Positions 25,361 to 34,186 of a stretch of 59,351 bases of DNA are shown here, piece after piece. Position 1 is the stretch's first letter. Every line of letters begins with the position of its first letter. The translations under genes and the position numbers were made by a program. The notes under the pieces were generated by a model. It ran no database searches. It was not told the DNA's origin and saw only the letters and a program-made list of their open reading frames with translations. This DNA is from a virus: IMG/VR virus record IMGVR_UViG_3300045988_070374; one strand, 5' to 3'.

Positions 25361-26140
25361 ATGGCAAAAATCATAGCTGTTGCCAACCAGAAGGGCGGCA
25401 CAGGAAAAACCACCACAAGCACCTGTCTGGCTGGTGCGTTGCAGTTGCTTAGCAAGAAAGTCCTGCTGGTGGATTGCGATGCCCAGTGCAACGCAACGGA
25501 CACCTACGGCGCACAGACAGAGGACGTATGCACCCTGTTTGATGTGATGACCCGGCAAGGAACGGTAGAGGAAGGAATCCAGCACTGCGAAGCTGGCGAC
25601 ATTCTTCCGTCCGACAACGCATTGAAGGACATTGACGAGCAGCTTGTCCGGGACATGGGCAAGAACTTCCGGCTACGAGAAGCCCTTGAAAGCGTGTCTG
25701 AGCAGTATGATTACATTGTGCTGGACACTCCCCCGCAGCTTGGTCTTGCGCTTGTGAACGCACTGATTGCCGCCAACAGCATCATCGTTCCCATCACAGC
25801 AGACCGTTACGCACTGGCTGGTTTGAGCCAGCTTTCGCAGACCATCGGCGATGTTCGCAGATACTTCAATCCGACTTTGAAGATTGAAGGATTGCTCCTG
25901 AACCAGTACAAGAGCCGTGAGAACTTGTCCAAAGAGGTCGTTGAGCAGCTTCCTGTGATTGCACAGAACATGGGGACAACCCTTCTGGACGTGAAGATTA
26001 GACCGTCTATGGGCGTTCGTAAGGCGCAGGCAGAGCGGCACAGCCTGTTTAGCGGTGACACGGCAAAGAGCACCAGCGCAGAGGATTTCAAGGCGTTGGC
26101 GAAGAAAATTGTAGAGGAGGATAAAAATGGAAAGCTTTGA
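25361..26140 (+). CDS. parA: ParA partition ATPase
   Basis: MAKIIAVANQKGGTGKTTTSTCLAGALQ, deviant Walker A; VLLVDCDAQCNAT. Confidence 0.97.
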   Translation: MAKIIAVANQKGGTGKTTTSTCLAGALQLLSKKVLLVDCDAQCNATDTYGAQTEDVCTLFDVMTRQGTVEEGIQHCEAGDILPSDNALKDIDEQLVRDMGKNFRLREALESVSEQYDYIVLDTPPQLGLALVNALIAANSIIVPITADRYALAGLSQLSQTIGDVRRYFNPTLKIEGLLLNQYKSRENLSKEVVEQLPVIAQNMGTTLLDVKIRPSMGVRKAQAERHSLFSGDTAKSTSAEDFKALAKKIVEEDKNGKL

Positions 26141-26276
26141 CGTTATTGCAAGCGTTTTGAGACGTTTGAAAAATTATATGAAAACAGACATCGAAGAATT
26201 TGAAACATACCGCCATGAAGAGCTTAGGAATAGAAAAGACTTAGGCTTACATGTCCAAACGGAGGAAGAAAAGTGA
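26127..26276 (+). CDS. Small protein (49 aa)
   Basis: MESFDVIASVLRRLKNYMKTDIEEFETYRHEELRNRKD...; gaggagg RBS. Confidence 0.55.
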   Translation: MESFDVIASVLRRLKNYMKTDIEEFETYRHEELRNRKDLGLHVQTEEEK

Positions 26277-26845
26277 AATCAACCAGCAAAAAATCCACAG
26301 GTTTGCTTGGCGGATTTGATTTCCAGCCTATTTTTTCGGAACAGGCATTAAGCCGAAGTGAGTCAAAGGAAGAAGAAGTAAGCCAAGCAAAGCCGAACGA
26401 AGCCGAACAAGCACAGATTAAGCCAAGCGAAGCCACAGACAGCCATGCACAGCCTAATGAAGCGCAGTTAAACAGTATTAAGCCGAAGCAAGCCAAAGGC
26501 AGCGAAACACAGCCGAATAACGCCGTAGTAAGCGAAAGCAAGCCAAAGAAGCTGAAACAAGCGAAGGAAGTTCAACGTCTTATCGAACAAGGCGATGTTC
26601 CCGGCGCACTAGCCGAAGCTGGCTTGACAAAGAAAAAAATCCCGATGCCGGAATCGCATCAGGGCGTTGCAAGTGGTGATGGCAAGCGTTCAAAGCGCAT
26701 TACCATCCTTATGAGCGAGGAAGAGCGCAAGTACATCAACCGTGAAGCAAGACGGCACGGAATGACGATTGGACAGTTCGTGTACGCTCTGGCGGTTGCG
26801 GCGGCAGAGGGCAAGGTTGAGTTGGAGGATTTCTTGGAGGATTGA
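26273..26845 (+). CDS. Ribbon-helix-helix partition partner candidate with repetitive KPNEA-type N-terminal region
   Basis: C-terminal RSKRITILMSEEERKYINREARRHGMTIGQFVYALAV; GTG start; directly follows parA. Confidence 0.65.
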   Translation: MKSTSKKSTGLLGGFDFQPIFSEQALSRSESKEEEVSQAKPNEAEQAQIKPSEATDSHAQPNEAQLNSIKPKQAKGSETQPNNAVVSESKPKKLKQAKEVQRLIEQGDVPGALAEAGLTKKKIPMPESHQGVASGDGKRSKRITILMSEEERKYINREARRHGMTIGQFVYALAVAAAEGKVELEDFLED

Positions 26846-26848
26846 CGT

Positions 26849-27346
26849 ATGATTGTTTATAGACCTCATCGTGGTTCTTTGGAAGATGCCATGAAAGAAG
26901 CAAGAACTTTTCTGAACGAATGGCAAATGAAACAGTATGTTGCAAATAGCTGGAATCTTGCAATCGGAAGAAAAGTACTAGACCCAGAAGATATTATTAT
27001 CGACAGCGAATCAACGGACGATGACCGTGTCGGTTGGAAAAATGTCCACATGGTTTGTGCGGCTCGAATCGGAAATGAAGATTACATGAAGAAGTACGGC
27101 AATCCGCAGTGCATTGGGTATTGTGCTTACGATGTATCAAACGTGCCAATATCAAGCCCGTGGATTTGTGCAAAGAATAGTGTTCCGGGAGATACAGACC
27201 CGCGTGTTATCGGATTTGATGAATCTACCTTCGATATTGTTATAGCAAATTACGATGAGCAGTTCAAAGAGTGGCGGGATGACGAGGGCAGAATCCATAA
27301 CATAACATACTGGATGCCGTTGCCTGAACCGCCTGTGAAATATTGA
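26849..27346 (+). CDS. DUF551-like C-terminus protein
   Basis: ...GRIHNITYWMPLPEPPVKY. Confidence 0.65.
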   Translation: MIVYRPHRGSLEDAMKEARTFLNEWQMKQYVANSWNLAIGRKVLDPEDIIIDSESTDDDRVGWKNVHMVCAARIGNEDYMKKYGNPQCIGYCAYDVSNVPISSPWICAKNSVPGDTDPRVIGFDESTFDIVIANYDEQFKEWRDDEGRIHNITYWMPLPEPPVKY

Positions 27347-27359
27347 AACGGTGGACGAC

Positions 27360-27830
27360 ATGGAACAAAAAGTGTTAGGGCACTACGAATTACACTAGTA
27401 TCTCAATGGGACAAGCGGTAACACATACGAAGGTAAGATGGTCTTTCGAGATAAAGATTGGCGTATAAGATATATGCCGAGCCAATGCGTAAAAACAAAC
27501 TATTTCTACTTAAAGAAAATAAAAAATGATTTCAATAGCAAAGGAAAAAAAGAGGGAAGTTATAAAAACATTGCGTGGATAAAATTTTCTGAATTGAACT
27601 GGTTTGAACGAAGAAAACGTCCAAATTGGTTCAAAGTCCAGTTTCTTTCAAATGGTCTTGATAGTTCAAAAACACAATGGTATACAGTCCACGACTTATC
27701 TGACATTGAAGAAAGAAAATATTGGGTTGAAGAAACTCGCCAATACACAATGAAAGAACTTTCAGAGAGAATGCCAGCAGAAGATTTTATCGAGTATATG
27801 AAAGACAGAGGAATAACGATAATTCGATAA
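27360..27830 (+). pseudogene. ORF interrupted by in-frame TAG (27396-27398)
   Basis: MEQKVLGHYELH*YLNGTSGNTYEGKMVFRDKDWRIRY..., continuous single frame apart from the amber codon. Confidence 0.55.
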
Positions 27831-27836
27831 GCGCAA

Positions 27837-27874
27837 ACACCCCTGCGTAGCCATTAGTGGTTACACAGGGGTGT
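27837..27874. terminator. Bidirectional terminator between convergent genes
   Basis: acacccctg / caggggtgt followed by cgtttt. Confidence 0.8.
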
Positions 27875-27878
27875 CGTT

Positions 27879-28517
27879 TTACTTATCAGCAATGCAATCC
27901 CAGTAGAGATATGCCTTGCCATCTGCGGCATCTGCGTCCTCAAGGAACGCCTTTGCCATGTCAGCGTAGAAGCCCGGAGTGTCAACGGACTGACGCTTTG
28001 CGACCTGACAATAATCCGAGTACATCATGTTCATGACAGCCCAGAAATCGTTCGGGTCACAGGTAATATTGCGCTGTTTGGCAACGTCCTGCGTCTGCTC
28101 CAGCGTCCAGTGACAGCCCTTCGTACCGTCAGCATTTACCATGCTGTCGCACCATTCCTCCGCTTCATCGTGGGTGAGGTGCTGGCGTGGCATTTTGATG
28201 GAGCGGCTGTCTGCACCGCCACGTTCGTACTGCCCAGACCGCTTGTCCCATTCACCGTTCTGCGAGAAGCCGATTTGCGGCATCTTGCGCCCATACTCTA
28301 CGTCAGGGTAGCGGGGGATAGGGTAGGGGTCGATGTAGCGGTTCTCCTCCTTCGGATAGTAGGGATAGCGGTCGCTGTCACCTTCCAGCTTACGCAGACG
28401 GCGTTCCATCTCACGTTCCCTGCGGTCACGCTCTTCCTCAAGGCGGTCACGTTCCGGCTCACGGTTTTTGTCGTGTTCGCGGAGCATCATCATGCGGCGA
28501 AAATTGTTCTTGCCCAT
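27879..28517 (-). CDS. Hypothetical Arg/Glu-rich phage protein
   Basis: long ORF, terminator-bounded. Confidence 0.7.
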   Translation of the reverse strand: MGKNNFRRMMMLREHDKNREPERDRLEEERDRREREMERRLRKLEGDSDRYPYYPKEENRYIDPYPIPRYPDVEYGRKMPQIGFSQNGEWDKRSGQYERGGADSRSIKMPRQHLTHDEAEEWCDSMVNADGTKGCHWTLEQTQDVAKQRNITCDPNDFWAVMNMMYSDYCQVAKRQSVDTPGFYADMAKAFLEDADAADGKAYLYWDCIADK

Positions 28518-28530
28518 AATCTATACCTCC

Positions 28531-28902
28531 TCAAGAAATGGACGCGGGTGCACCAGCGTGGGAGCGGCAGAAGCAACCAAGATATTTGAACGTTCCGGTG
28601 CCGGTTGCAGACGTTGCAACGCGGGTAGCGTAGCGGGTGCGAGTGTGGATGCTCTCGGCGGTTGCCTGAGCGCAGTTGCAGTCGGTCAGAGGGTATGCGG
28701 TCGTACCTGCGCCGATGGTAATGACCACAGGGGCGTTGATGGTGGTCGTGTCCGGGATGCTCTGGGCAACTACGATGCAATACTTCTCTCCGTTCTGGTA
28801 TGCGCCAGCGGGGATGTTGATGGTCAGCGTGTCATTGGCGAACGTCACCGCATCCGAGATGACGAGGTGCGGGCACAGACGGCAGCTTGTTTTGCAAGCC
28901 AT
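28531..28902 (-). CDS. Hypothetical protein
   Basis: MACKTSCRLCPHLVISDAVTF...; ggagg RBS. Confidence 0.7.
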   Translation of the reverse strand: MACKTSCRLCPHLVISDAVTFANDTLTINIPAGAYQNGEKYCIVVAQSIPDTTTINAPVVITIGAGTTAYPLTDCNCAQATAESIHTRTRYATRVATSATGTGTFKYLGCFCRSHAGAPASIS

Positions 28903-28987
28903 AATGTTTTCCTCCTAAAAAATCAGGGGCAGAGGTGTCTTACCCCTGCCCCGATAGTTCACCCGGTGTTATCGGGGAGTGTGTTGG

Positions 28988-29857
28988 TTAGCAGCCGCAG
29001 CAGTTCACGCCCACGTTGGGGTTTGCCACCTGATAAGCGGGAATCGGACGAGGATTGACACGGTTCAGGATGGTATCAGTCTGCTGGGACATCACGGTGG
29101 TCAGAAGCGCATTCTGACGATCCTGAGAAGCGGCGAACTTGAGGTTCTGGTTCTCAGCGGTCAGGGTGGCGATCTTATCCTGCGTGAAGTAGTCCATCAT
29201 AGCGCGGTAGTTTGCGTTACAGTTGTCGATAACTGCACGGGTATTGTCTGCGATAGCCTGCCGGGTAGCGCAGTCCTCCGTTGCGATGGTGTACTTCAGG
29301 TCGCCGATCAGCTGCTTGTTCTCGCAGCAGCAAGACGCCAGCTGCGTGGCAAGTGCGGTCTGACCAGCCTGCCGTGCGTTGCCCTCCTGCATGATGGCAA
29401 GGTTGATGGCGTTGTCACCGTTGGACACGCTGCGTTCCAGACCGTTCACCAGCTGTGCGTTCTGGTAGCCAAGCTGACAAATGGCACTGTTCACGCCCGC
29501 AAAGCCGTTCGCGATGTTGGCGTTGATGCCATTGATCTGCGCCAGCTGGTCATAGCCCAGAGAGCAGATACCGCTCTGGATGCCCGCCAGAGAGCGGGAG
29601 GTATCCTGCTGGTAGAAGCCCTCAGACAGAGCCGCGCGGGTGTCGTTACCGCCCTGCCCGGTTGCGCCAGTGCCGACCAGATAGGGGATGTAGGCGTTCA
29701 TGCCGTTGTCACCACCGTTCCGGCCATAGCCGTTTGTGCCCCAGCCGAAGATAATGGCGAGGATAATAACAGCCCAAAGACCCTCGTTGCCGAAGAATCC
29801 GCCGTTGTTATTGCCGCCATCCTGCCCAGCCAGATAGCCAGTTGCAAAATCGTCCAT
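28988..29857 (-). CDS. Hypothetical Asn/Gly/Ala-rich protein
   Basis: MDDFATGYLAGQDGGNNNGGFFGNEGLWAVIILAIIFGWG...; aaaggag RBS. Confidence 0.75.
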   Translation of the reverse strand: MDDFATGYLAGQDGGNNNGGFFGNEGLWAVIILAIIFGWGTNGYGRNGGDNGMNAYIPYLVGTGATGQGGNDTRAALSEGFYQQDTSRSLAGIQSGICSLGYDQLAQINGINANIANGFAGVNSAICQLGYQNAQLVNGLERSVSNGDNAINLAIMQEGNARQAGQTALATQLASCCCENKQLIGDLKYTIATEDCATRQAIADNTRAVIDNCNANYRAMMDYFTQDKIATLTAENQNLKFAASQDRQNALLTTVMSQQTDTILNRVNPRPIPAYQVANPNVGVNCCGC

Positions 29858-29978
29858 AAAAAAACTCCTTTCGTTTTGCGTTATGCCATCCCATCGCCGT
29901 ATGCGATGGGCGAAGCCAAACAAAAGCGGTTTTTGTCAAGTCCGCAAAACTGAGAAGCGTTTCGCTTAGAGGGATGCT

Positions 29979-30230
29979 TTATCGGGGCAGCGTCAGATTC
30001 AGGGCGCTTGCCAGTTGGTTCAGGTCGATGCCACGCTCTTTGGCGAGGTTCTGCGCCATCGTCCTGAGTTGCGCTTCGTTTTTGCCCTGAATCAGGTTCA
30101 AGCCCTGCATAATGGGGGCGCTCTGCCCACCCAACTGCTGGATAAGCCCCATCGGGTTTTGTCCGGCACGAGCCAGATTTGCAAGCTGCATGATAGGGCT
30201 GTGAGTAATCATATCAAACGGAGAGGGCAT
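29979..30230 (-). CDS. Hypothetical protein
   Basis: ORF in operon. Confidence 0.6.
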   Translation of the reverse strand: MPSPFDMITHSPIMQLANLARAGQNPMGLIQQLGGQSAPIMQGLNLIQGKNEAQLRTMAQNLAKERGIDLNQLASALNLTLPR

Positions 30231-30233
30231 CGC

Positions 30234-30752
30234 TTATTCTCCTTTCTTCGCTGCGGCAGAGGGCTTCGAGAAGCTCTTCTGCCATTTTTCCAGCTCATCC
30301 AGCCGGCGCACGATGGCATCGTACTGATCAACAGGCACATACTGCTGTGTCGGTGCAGCGGTCTGCTGCGCCTGTTGCGCCTGCATTTGCCGCCATGCTT
30401 CCGGGCTGTAAAACTCTAACACGTCAGATTCACAAGTGTTTGGGTTCAGACGTTTGCAGTAGATGACCCCACTACGCAAATCCGGGCAATACGTCCATCT
30501 TCCGTACAGATCAGATGGAATTGCCAGAAATTCCTCCCTGCTGGAAACAGGTCTGCCAAGCAGCCAGCCGCCATCTTGTGCCGACTGCTGAACAGGCTGC
30601 TGCCCATTCATCGGCTGCGGACGCTGCGGCTGCGCCTGTTGCATCTGCGTGTTTGGCAGGGGAGTGGCAAGCCCAACTGTGCCCATGCCGCCGTAAGGAT
30701 TGACAGGCTGCTGCGGAACGTAGGGCGTTCCGGGTGTCGGATAATAGCTCAT
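30234..30752 (-). CDS. Pro/Gln-rich hypothetical protein
   Basis: MSYYPTPGTPYVPQQPVNPYGGMG...; ggaggg RBS. Confidence 0.7.
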   Translation of the reverse strand: MSYYPTPGTPYVPQQPVNPYGGMGTVGLATPLPNTQMQQAQPQRPQPMNGQQPVQQSAQDGGWLLGRPVSSREEFLAIPSDLYGRWTYCPDLRSGVIYCKRLNPNTCESDVLEFYSPEAWRQMQAQQAQQTAAPTQQYVPVDQYDAIVRRLDELEKWQKSFSKPSAAAKKGE

Positions 30753-30979
30753 AATACATCCCTCCTGATGTGACCAGTGTACCGCATCAGCAAAAAACGA
30801 AAGACAACGAACGCACAACGAAGGACAAAAAAGCGCCCACACTGCAAAAGGGCAGCGTGGGCAAAAAATACGTTCAACGGGTATAATATTTTCGAAAAAA
30901 GCTTGATTTTTGCGCCCAGTGAGTGTATATTATAGACAGTGAATGAAATCAAAATCGCACAAAAAAGGAGATAACTACC

Positions 30980-31327
30980 ATGACCAGCTTTGAGACGAAA
31001 AAGAAGATCGTTCTTGCAGGCGACAGCCGCATTTTTAACGACTGGGCTGCCCACTCTACCATCACGATGGACGAGTTTATCTCGGCGCTTCAGTGGCTGT
31101 GCGAGGACGCATTGGACGAAAACGGAAAGCTTACCCGGGAAATCGCGCTTGCTCCCGACCGCATCGTGAAGCTGCGCCGCGTCAACGATGGTCTGGGCAT
31201 GACCGCCTTCTATGAGTATCTCCGCGACAACGGCGGAGATGGAGAGCTGGGCTCTCTCTGGAGCGGTGAGAAGTTCCCTGATGGCTTTGTGCGCAAAATC
31301 AGCCTGTCCGTGAAAGACCGCGTTTGA
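30980..31327 (+). CDS. Hypothetical protein
   Basis: ORF, aaggag RBS. Confidence 0.65.
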   Translation: MTSFETKKKIVLAGDSRIFNDWAAHSTITMDEFISALQWLCEDALDENGKLTREIALAPDRIVKLRRVNDGLGMTAFYEYLRDNGGDGELGSLWSGEKFPDGFVRKISLSVKDRV

Positions 31328-31343
31328 AAGGGAGTGAACAAAG

Positions 31344-31940
31344 ATGGCAACTGCAAAAGAAATTGGAATCGGAATAAAGAATGCGCGCCTTACCGTTGGT
31401 ATCACGCAAGCAGAGTTAGCTCGTAGACTTGGCGTTACACCTCAAGCCATCAGCCAATATGAACGAGGAGAAAAAAAGCCTAAAATTGAAACAATCAAAA
31501 AAATAGCAGATGCATTGGGTGTAAGTTGGTTTCAACTATCTCATCTTGATGATTTGGTTGCTACTTCTGAGGAAAGAGTTTTGGACAAAGAGAAAGTATA
31601 CCAAAGTATAGCGGTTGATTATACTACCGCTGAACTTTTTGTTATGGCTTCTGAACCGGAAGCATCCCGTGTGGCGTTCCTCAACAACGTGACCGTGACC
31701 GTCCCGGACGATGCTTCCGGCTGCATTGATCTGGACGCCGAAAAGGAGCGGCTGTCTATCATCTGGGATCTGGCGCACCTGTCTATGCGGGAGCTGATCT
31801 CCCGCGCCGGAATGTCGCAGACCGCTTTTGCAAAATGCGCGGGCATTCCGCTGCGCACGGTGCAGAACTGGTGTGCCGGAAGCCGGGACTGCCCGGCATA
31901 CGTCCGCTTTTTGTTAGCTGAGCACTACAAGCTGCTGTAA
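31344..31940 (+). CDS. Regulator with two HTH-like regions (N-terminal XRE)
   Basis: IKNARLTVGITQAELARRLGVTPQAISQYERGEKKPK; C-terminal SMRELISRAGMSQTAFAKCAGIPLRTVQNWCAGSRDCP. Confidence 0.8.
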   Translation: MATAKEIGIGIKNARLTVGITQAELARRLGVTPQAISQYERGEKKPKIETIKKIADALGVSWFQLSHLDDLVATSEERVLDKEKVYQSIAVDYTTAELFVMASEPEASRVAFLNNVTVTVPDDASGCIDLDAEKERLSIIWDLAHLSMRELISRAGMSQTAFAKCAGIPLRTVQNWCAGSRDCPAYVRFLLAEHYKLL

Positions 31941-31948
31941 AACAAAAA

Positions 31949-32012
31949 AATCCCCCACTTTGCCTACAAAGTACCCCGCGTGGCACGCAGGGCTTCGGCA
32001 AAGCAGGGGATT
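31949..32012. terminator. Terminator-like stem-loop
   Basis: aatcccccactttgcc...ggcaaagcaggggatt + tttttt. Confidence 0.7.
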
Positions 32013-32178
32013 ATTTTTTTCTGCGTCTCCCGCATGATACGCACTGCAAGTAGGCGGGTGGGAGACTAAATTTCGTAAGCTGTGCGCTTGTGCTGACAGA
32101 AATCTTTAGGCCAGACCACACCAGCAATTCATTAAGCGAATTGTCTGTAAATATTATACCACAATTCGTACAAAAAGA

Positions 32179-32208
32179 AAAGCGGCAGACCCGAAAGCCT
32201 GCCGCTTT
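32179..32208. terminator. Bidirectional terminator
   Basis: aaagcggcag...ctgccgcttt. Confidence 0.75.
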
Positions 32209-32260
32209 TGAATTGCCTGAGCAGAAGCCCAAAACTAATTCGATGCTCACGATTAGTATA

Positions 32261-32657
32261 TCACACATCCAGCATTTTTTCAATGCCTTTCAGCCGGTAG
32301 CCTACCGCCGTCCGGCTGTAATGCGTCTGTGCTGCAATGTCCGGCAGCGGGAGCCGCTCAACGTACCGCAGTAAGGCTATCTTACGGTCAACCCTCCCAA
32401 GCGGTGCGCTTTTGATGGCGGCAGTCATCTGCTGTCGGTCAAGTCCTTGCAGCGCAGCGGGCAGCACTACGCGAGCCGCCGCCACAGGCAGCACCGAGCC
32501 AGAAAGGCTGCGGCAGCTGTCCGGCGTTGCGCACCATATTGCCAATGCTGGCGAAACGGTGACATTTTGTCACCATTTTCGTGATGCGCCGAAATTGCTC
32601 TTGTGCGGCGTACATTTTGTTGGTGTCAACAAAATGCTCGTATGTAGTGCTTGCCAT
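32261..32657 (-). pseudogene. HTH/sigma-region-4-like protein apparently split by a +1 frame change
   Basis: MASTTYEHFVDTNKMYAAQEQFRRITK... (strong aaggagg RBS, stop at 32439) continues in the +1 frame as GLDRQQMTAAIKSAPLGRVDRKIALLRYVERLPLPDIAAQTHYSRTAVGYRLKGIEKMLDV. Confidence 0.5.
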
Positions 32658-32667
32658 GATATCCTCC

Positions 32668-33009
32668 TTACTGCTTTTGTAGCGCCGCCCGTGCCCGGTC
32701 AAAGAAAAACTGGATGACCTTGCTCATGGTCTCTTCCGTGATTGCCCAGCTGACCATCTTGCCCCACTTGCTGTTGTCCAGATAGTGACGCAGCATCTTG
32801 ACGCACCATGCCTTGCGCTCTGCGCCGCGCTTGGTGCCCTGAATCTCACGCTCTGCTTGGTCGATGAGGTCAAGCACCAGCGTCCTGACAACCGCGCCGT
32901 AGCCCAGACGGATAAGCCCCAGCACAAGCGACACAGCGCCCACAACGATGAGCACAAGCGCCAGCCATGCGGGCAGTGGGGTGATAATGGTATTAAGGAT
33001 TGCTTCCAT
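32668..33009 (-). CDS. Holin-like membrane protein
   Basis: single strong N-terminal TM (WLALVLIVVGAVSLVLGLIRLGYG), next to lysin. Confidence 0.6.
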   Translation of the reverse strand: MEAILNTIITPLPAWLALVLIVVGAVSLVLGLIRLGYGAVVRTLVLDLIDQAEREIQGTKRGAERKAWCVKMLRHYLDNSKWGKMVSWAITEETMSKVIQFFFDRARAALQKQ

Positions 33010-33382
33010 GATTGGTTACTCCTTTCAGCAGGTAATTGTTAATGTCGGTCTTGCTTTTTAGCATACTTTCCCGGTTGTTGCCGGATAGTTGAGCATCCAA
33101 AAGGTTCTGCACGCCAACGAGGACAAGTCGCATTTCTTCGTCAATGCCGTCAAATCGCCGGAGGTCTCTTGCAAGGGCTTGTGTATGCTGGAGCTGCCCC
33201 TGTTCCAAGGTGCCGACGCGCTTGTCCAGCTCATCCAGCCGCTTGTTCTGCGCGTTGTCCGGTTCCTGTGCCTTCTTGATGTACTTATGGATGATTTCCA
33301 GCACCTTGTCGATCGTGATGGCTGCAGCACACAGGCTGCCCAAGATGCCCAGTACCCACAGCAAAGCTTCTTTTTCAGTCAT
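32993..33382 (-). CDS. Holin/XhlA-like membrane protein with coiled coil
   Basis: ALLWVLGILGSLCAAAITIDKVLEII..KRLDELDKRVGTLEQ. Confidence 0.55.
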   Translation of the reverse strand: MTEKEALLWVLGILGSLCAAAITIDKVLEIIHKYIKKAQEPDNAQNKRLDELDKRVGTLEQGQLQHTQALARDLRRFDGIDEEMRLVLVGVQNLLDAQLSGNNRESMLKSKTDINNYLLKGVTNHGSNP

Positions 33383-34023
33383 TTGCCCTCCCGAAGACGG
33401 GTCAGACCCTTCTTTGCGATGATTTTAGCATAGTCCTTGTAGGGCACCGACAAGTCCACGCCGGAAATCTTGCCCTTGCTGGTGTACTGCCACATCCCGA
33501 AGTTCCAGCCCGGTTCAGGCTTGTGGCAGCGGTAGGCGGCCAGCCACACGTCATACGGCTTGAGCGCAGCACCGGTCATGTACAGGTTATCACGGCCGAA
33601 GTAAAGCCCGGTGTATAGCATGGCGTAAAAGCCCCAGCGCTCCACCGTGCCCAGCGCATGGGCTGCAATGTCCGTCAGGGTCTGCTTGTCGAGCGGTGCT
33701 TGCACATACTTGTCCTCAATGTCAACCGCAACGGGCAGCTGCACCGTTTTACCGGTAAGTACCTTGCGCAGCAGGGCAAGCTCTGCGTCTGTTTCTTCCG
33801 TGTTGACCGCCTTGCAGTAGTAGTACACGCCGCAGGGGATGCCAAGCCGCTGACATTCGCGGTAATTGCGCTCAAAGGTGGGGTCGATGTACGGTTTGCT
33901 GGGCAAGTCCTCTGCGCTGTTGCCCAGCGCCCGCAGCATCACGCCGGAGACAAGGCCGCTTGCCTTGACCTTGTCCCAGTCGATGTTGCCCTGCCAGCGG
34001 GAAACGTCCATGATAGGTCTCAT
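33379..34023 (-). CDS. GH25 lysozyme endolysin
   Basis: MRPIMDVSRWQGNIDWDKVKASG..GVYYYCKA..LPVAVDIED..WLAAYRCHKPEPGWNFGMWQYTSKGKISGVDLS. Confidence 0.93.
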   Translation of the reverse strand: MRPIMDVSRWQGNIDWDKVKASGLVSGVMLRALGNSAEDLPSKPYIDPTFERNYRECQRLGIPCGVYYYCKAVNTEETDAELALLRKVLTGKTVQLPVAVDIEDKYVQAPLDKQTLTDIAAHALGTVERWGFYAMLYTGLYFGRDNLYMTGAALKPYDVWLAAYRCHKPEPGWNFGMWQYTSKGKISGVDLSVPYKDYAKIIAKKGLTRLREGK

Positions 34024-34033
34024 ACTCTGCTCC

Positions 34034-34186
34034 TTAATATTTCTCGCCGGTGATCTCTTCGTATTCCGCTGCGGTCAGGCGCTGGGGCTTGCGCTGCACA
34101 AGGATGCGCAGCATAGCCTTAGACCAGAGGCCTGCCTCATACTCGTCTTTTGCTTTGCCAAAGATCGCGCTGTGCTTATCACTCAT
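34034..34186 (-). CDS. XkdX-like small protein (50 aa)
   Basis: MSDKHSAIFGKAKDEYEAGLWSKAMLRILVQRKPQRLTAAEYEEITGEKY. Confidence 0.6.
   Translation of the reverse strand: MSDKHSAIFGKAKDEYEAGLWSKAMLRILVQRKPQRLTAAEYEEITGEKY

Noticed and set aside
28979-29953. 324-aa plus-strand ORF
   Set aside because: Fully antisense to the better supported 28988-29857 gene, low-complexity product, no RBS logic.
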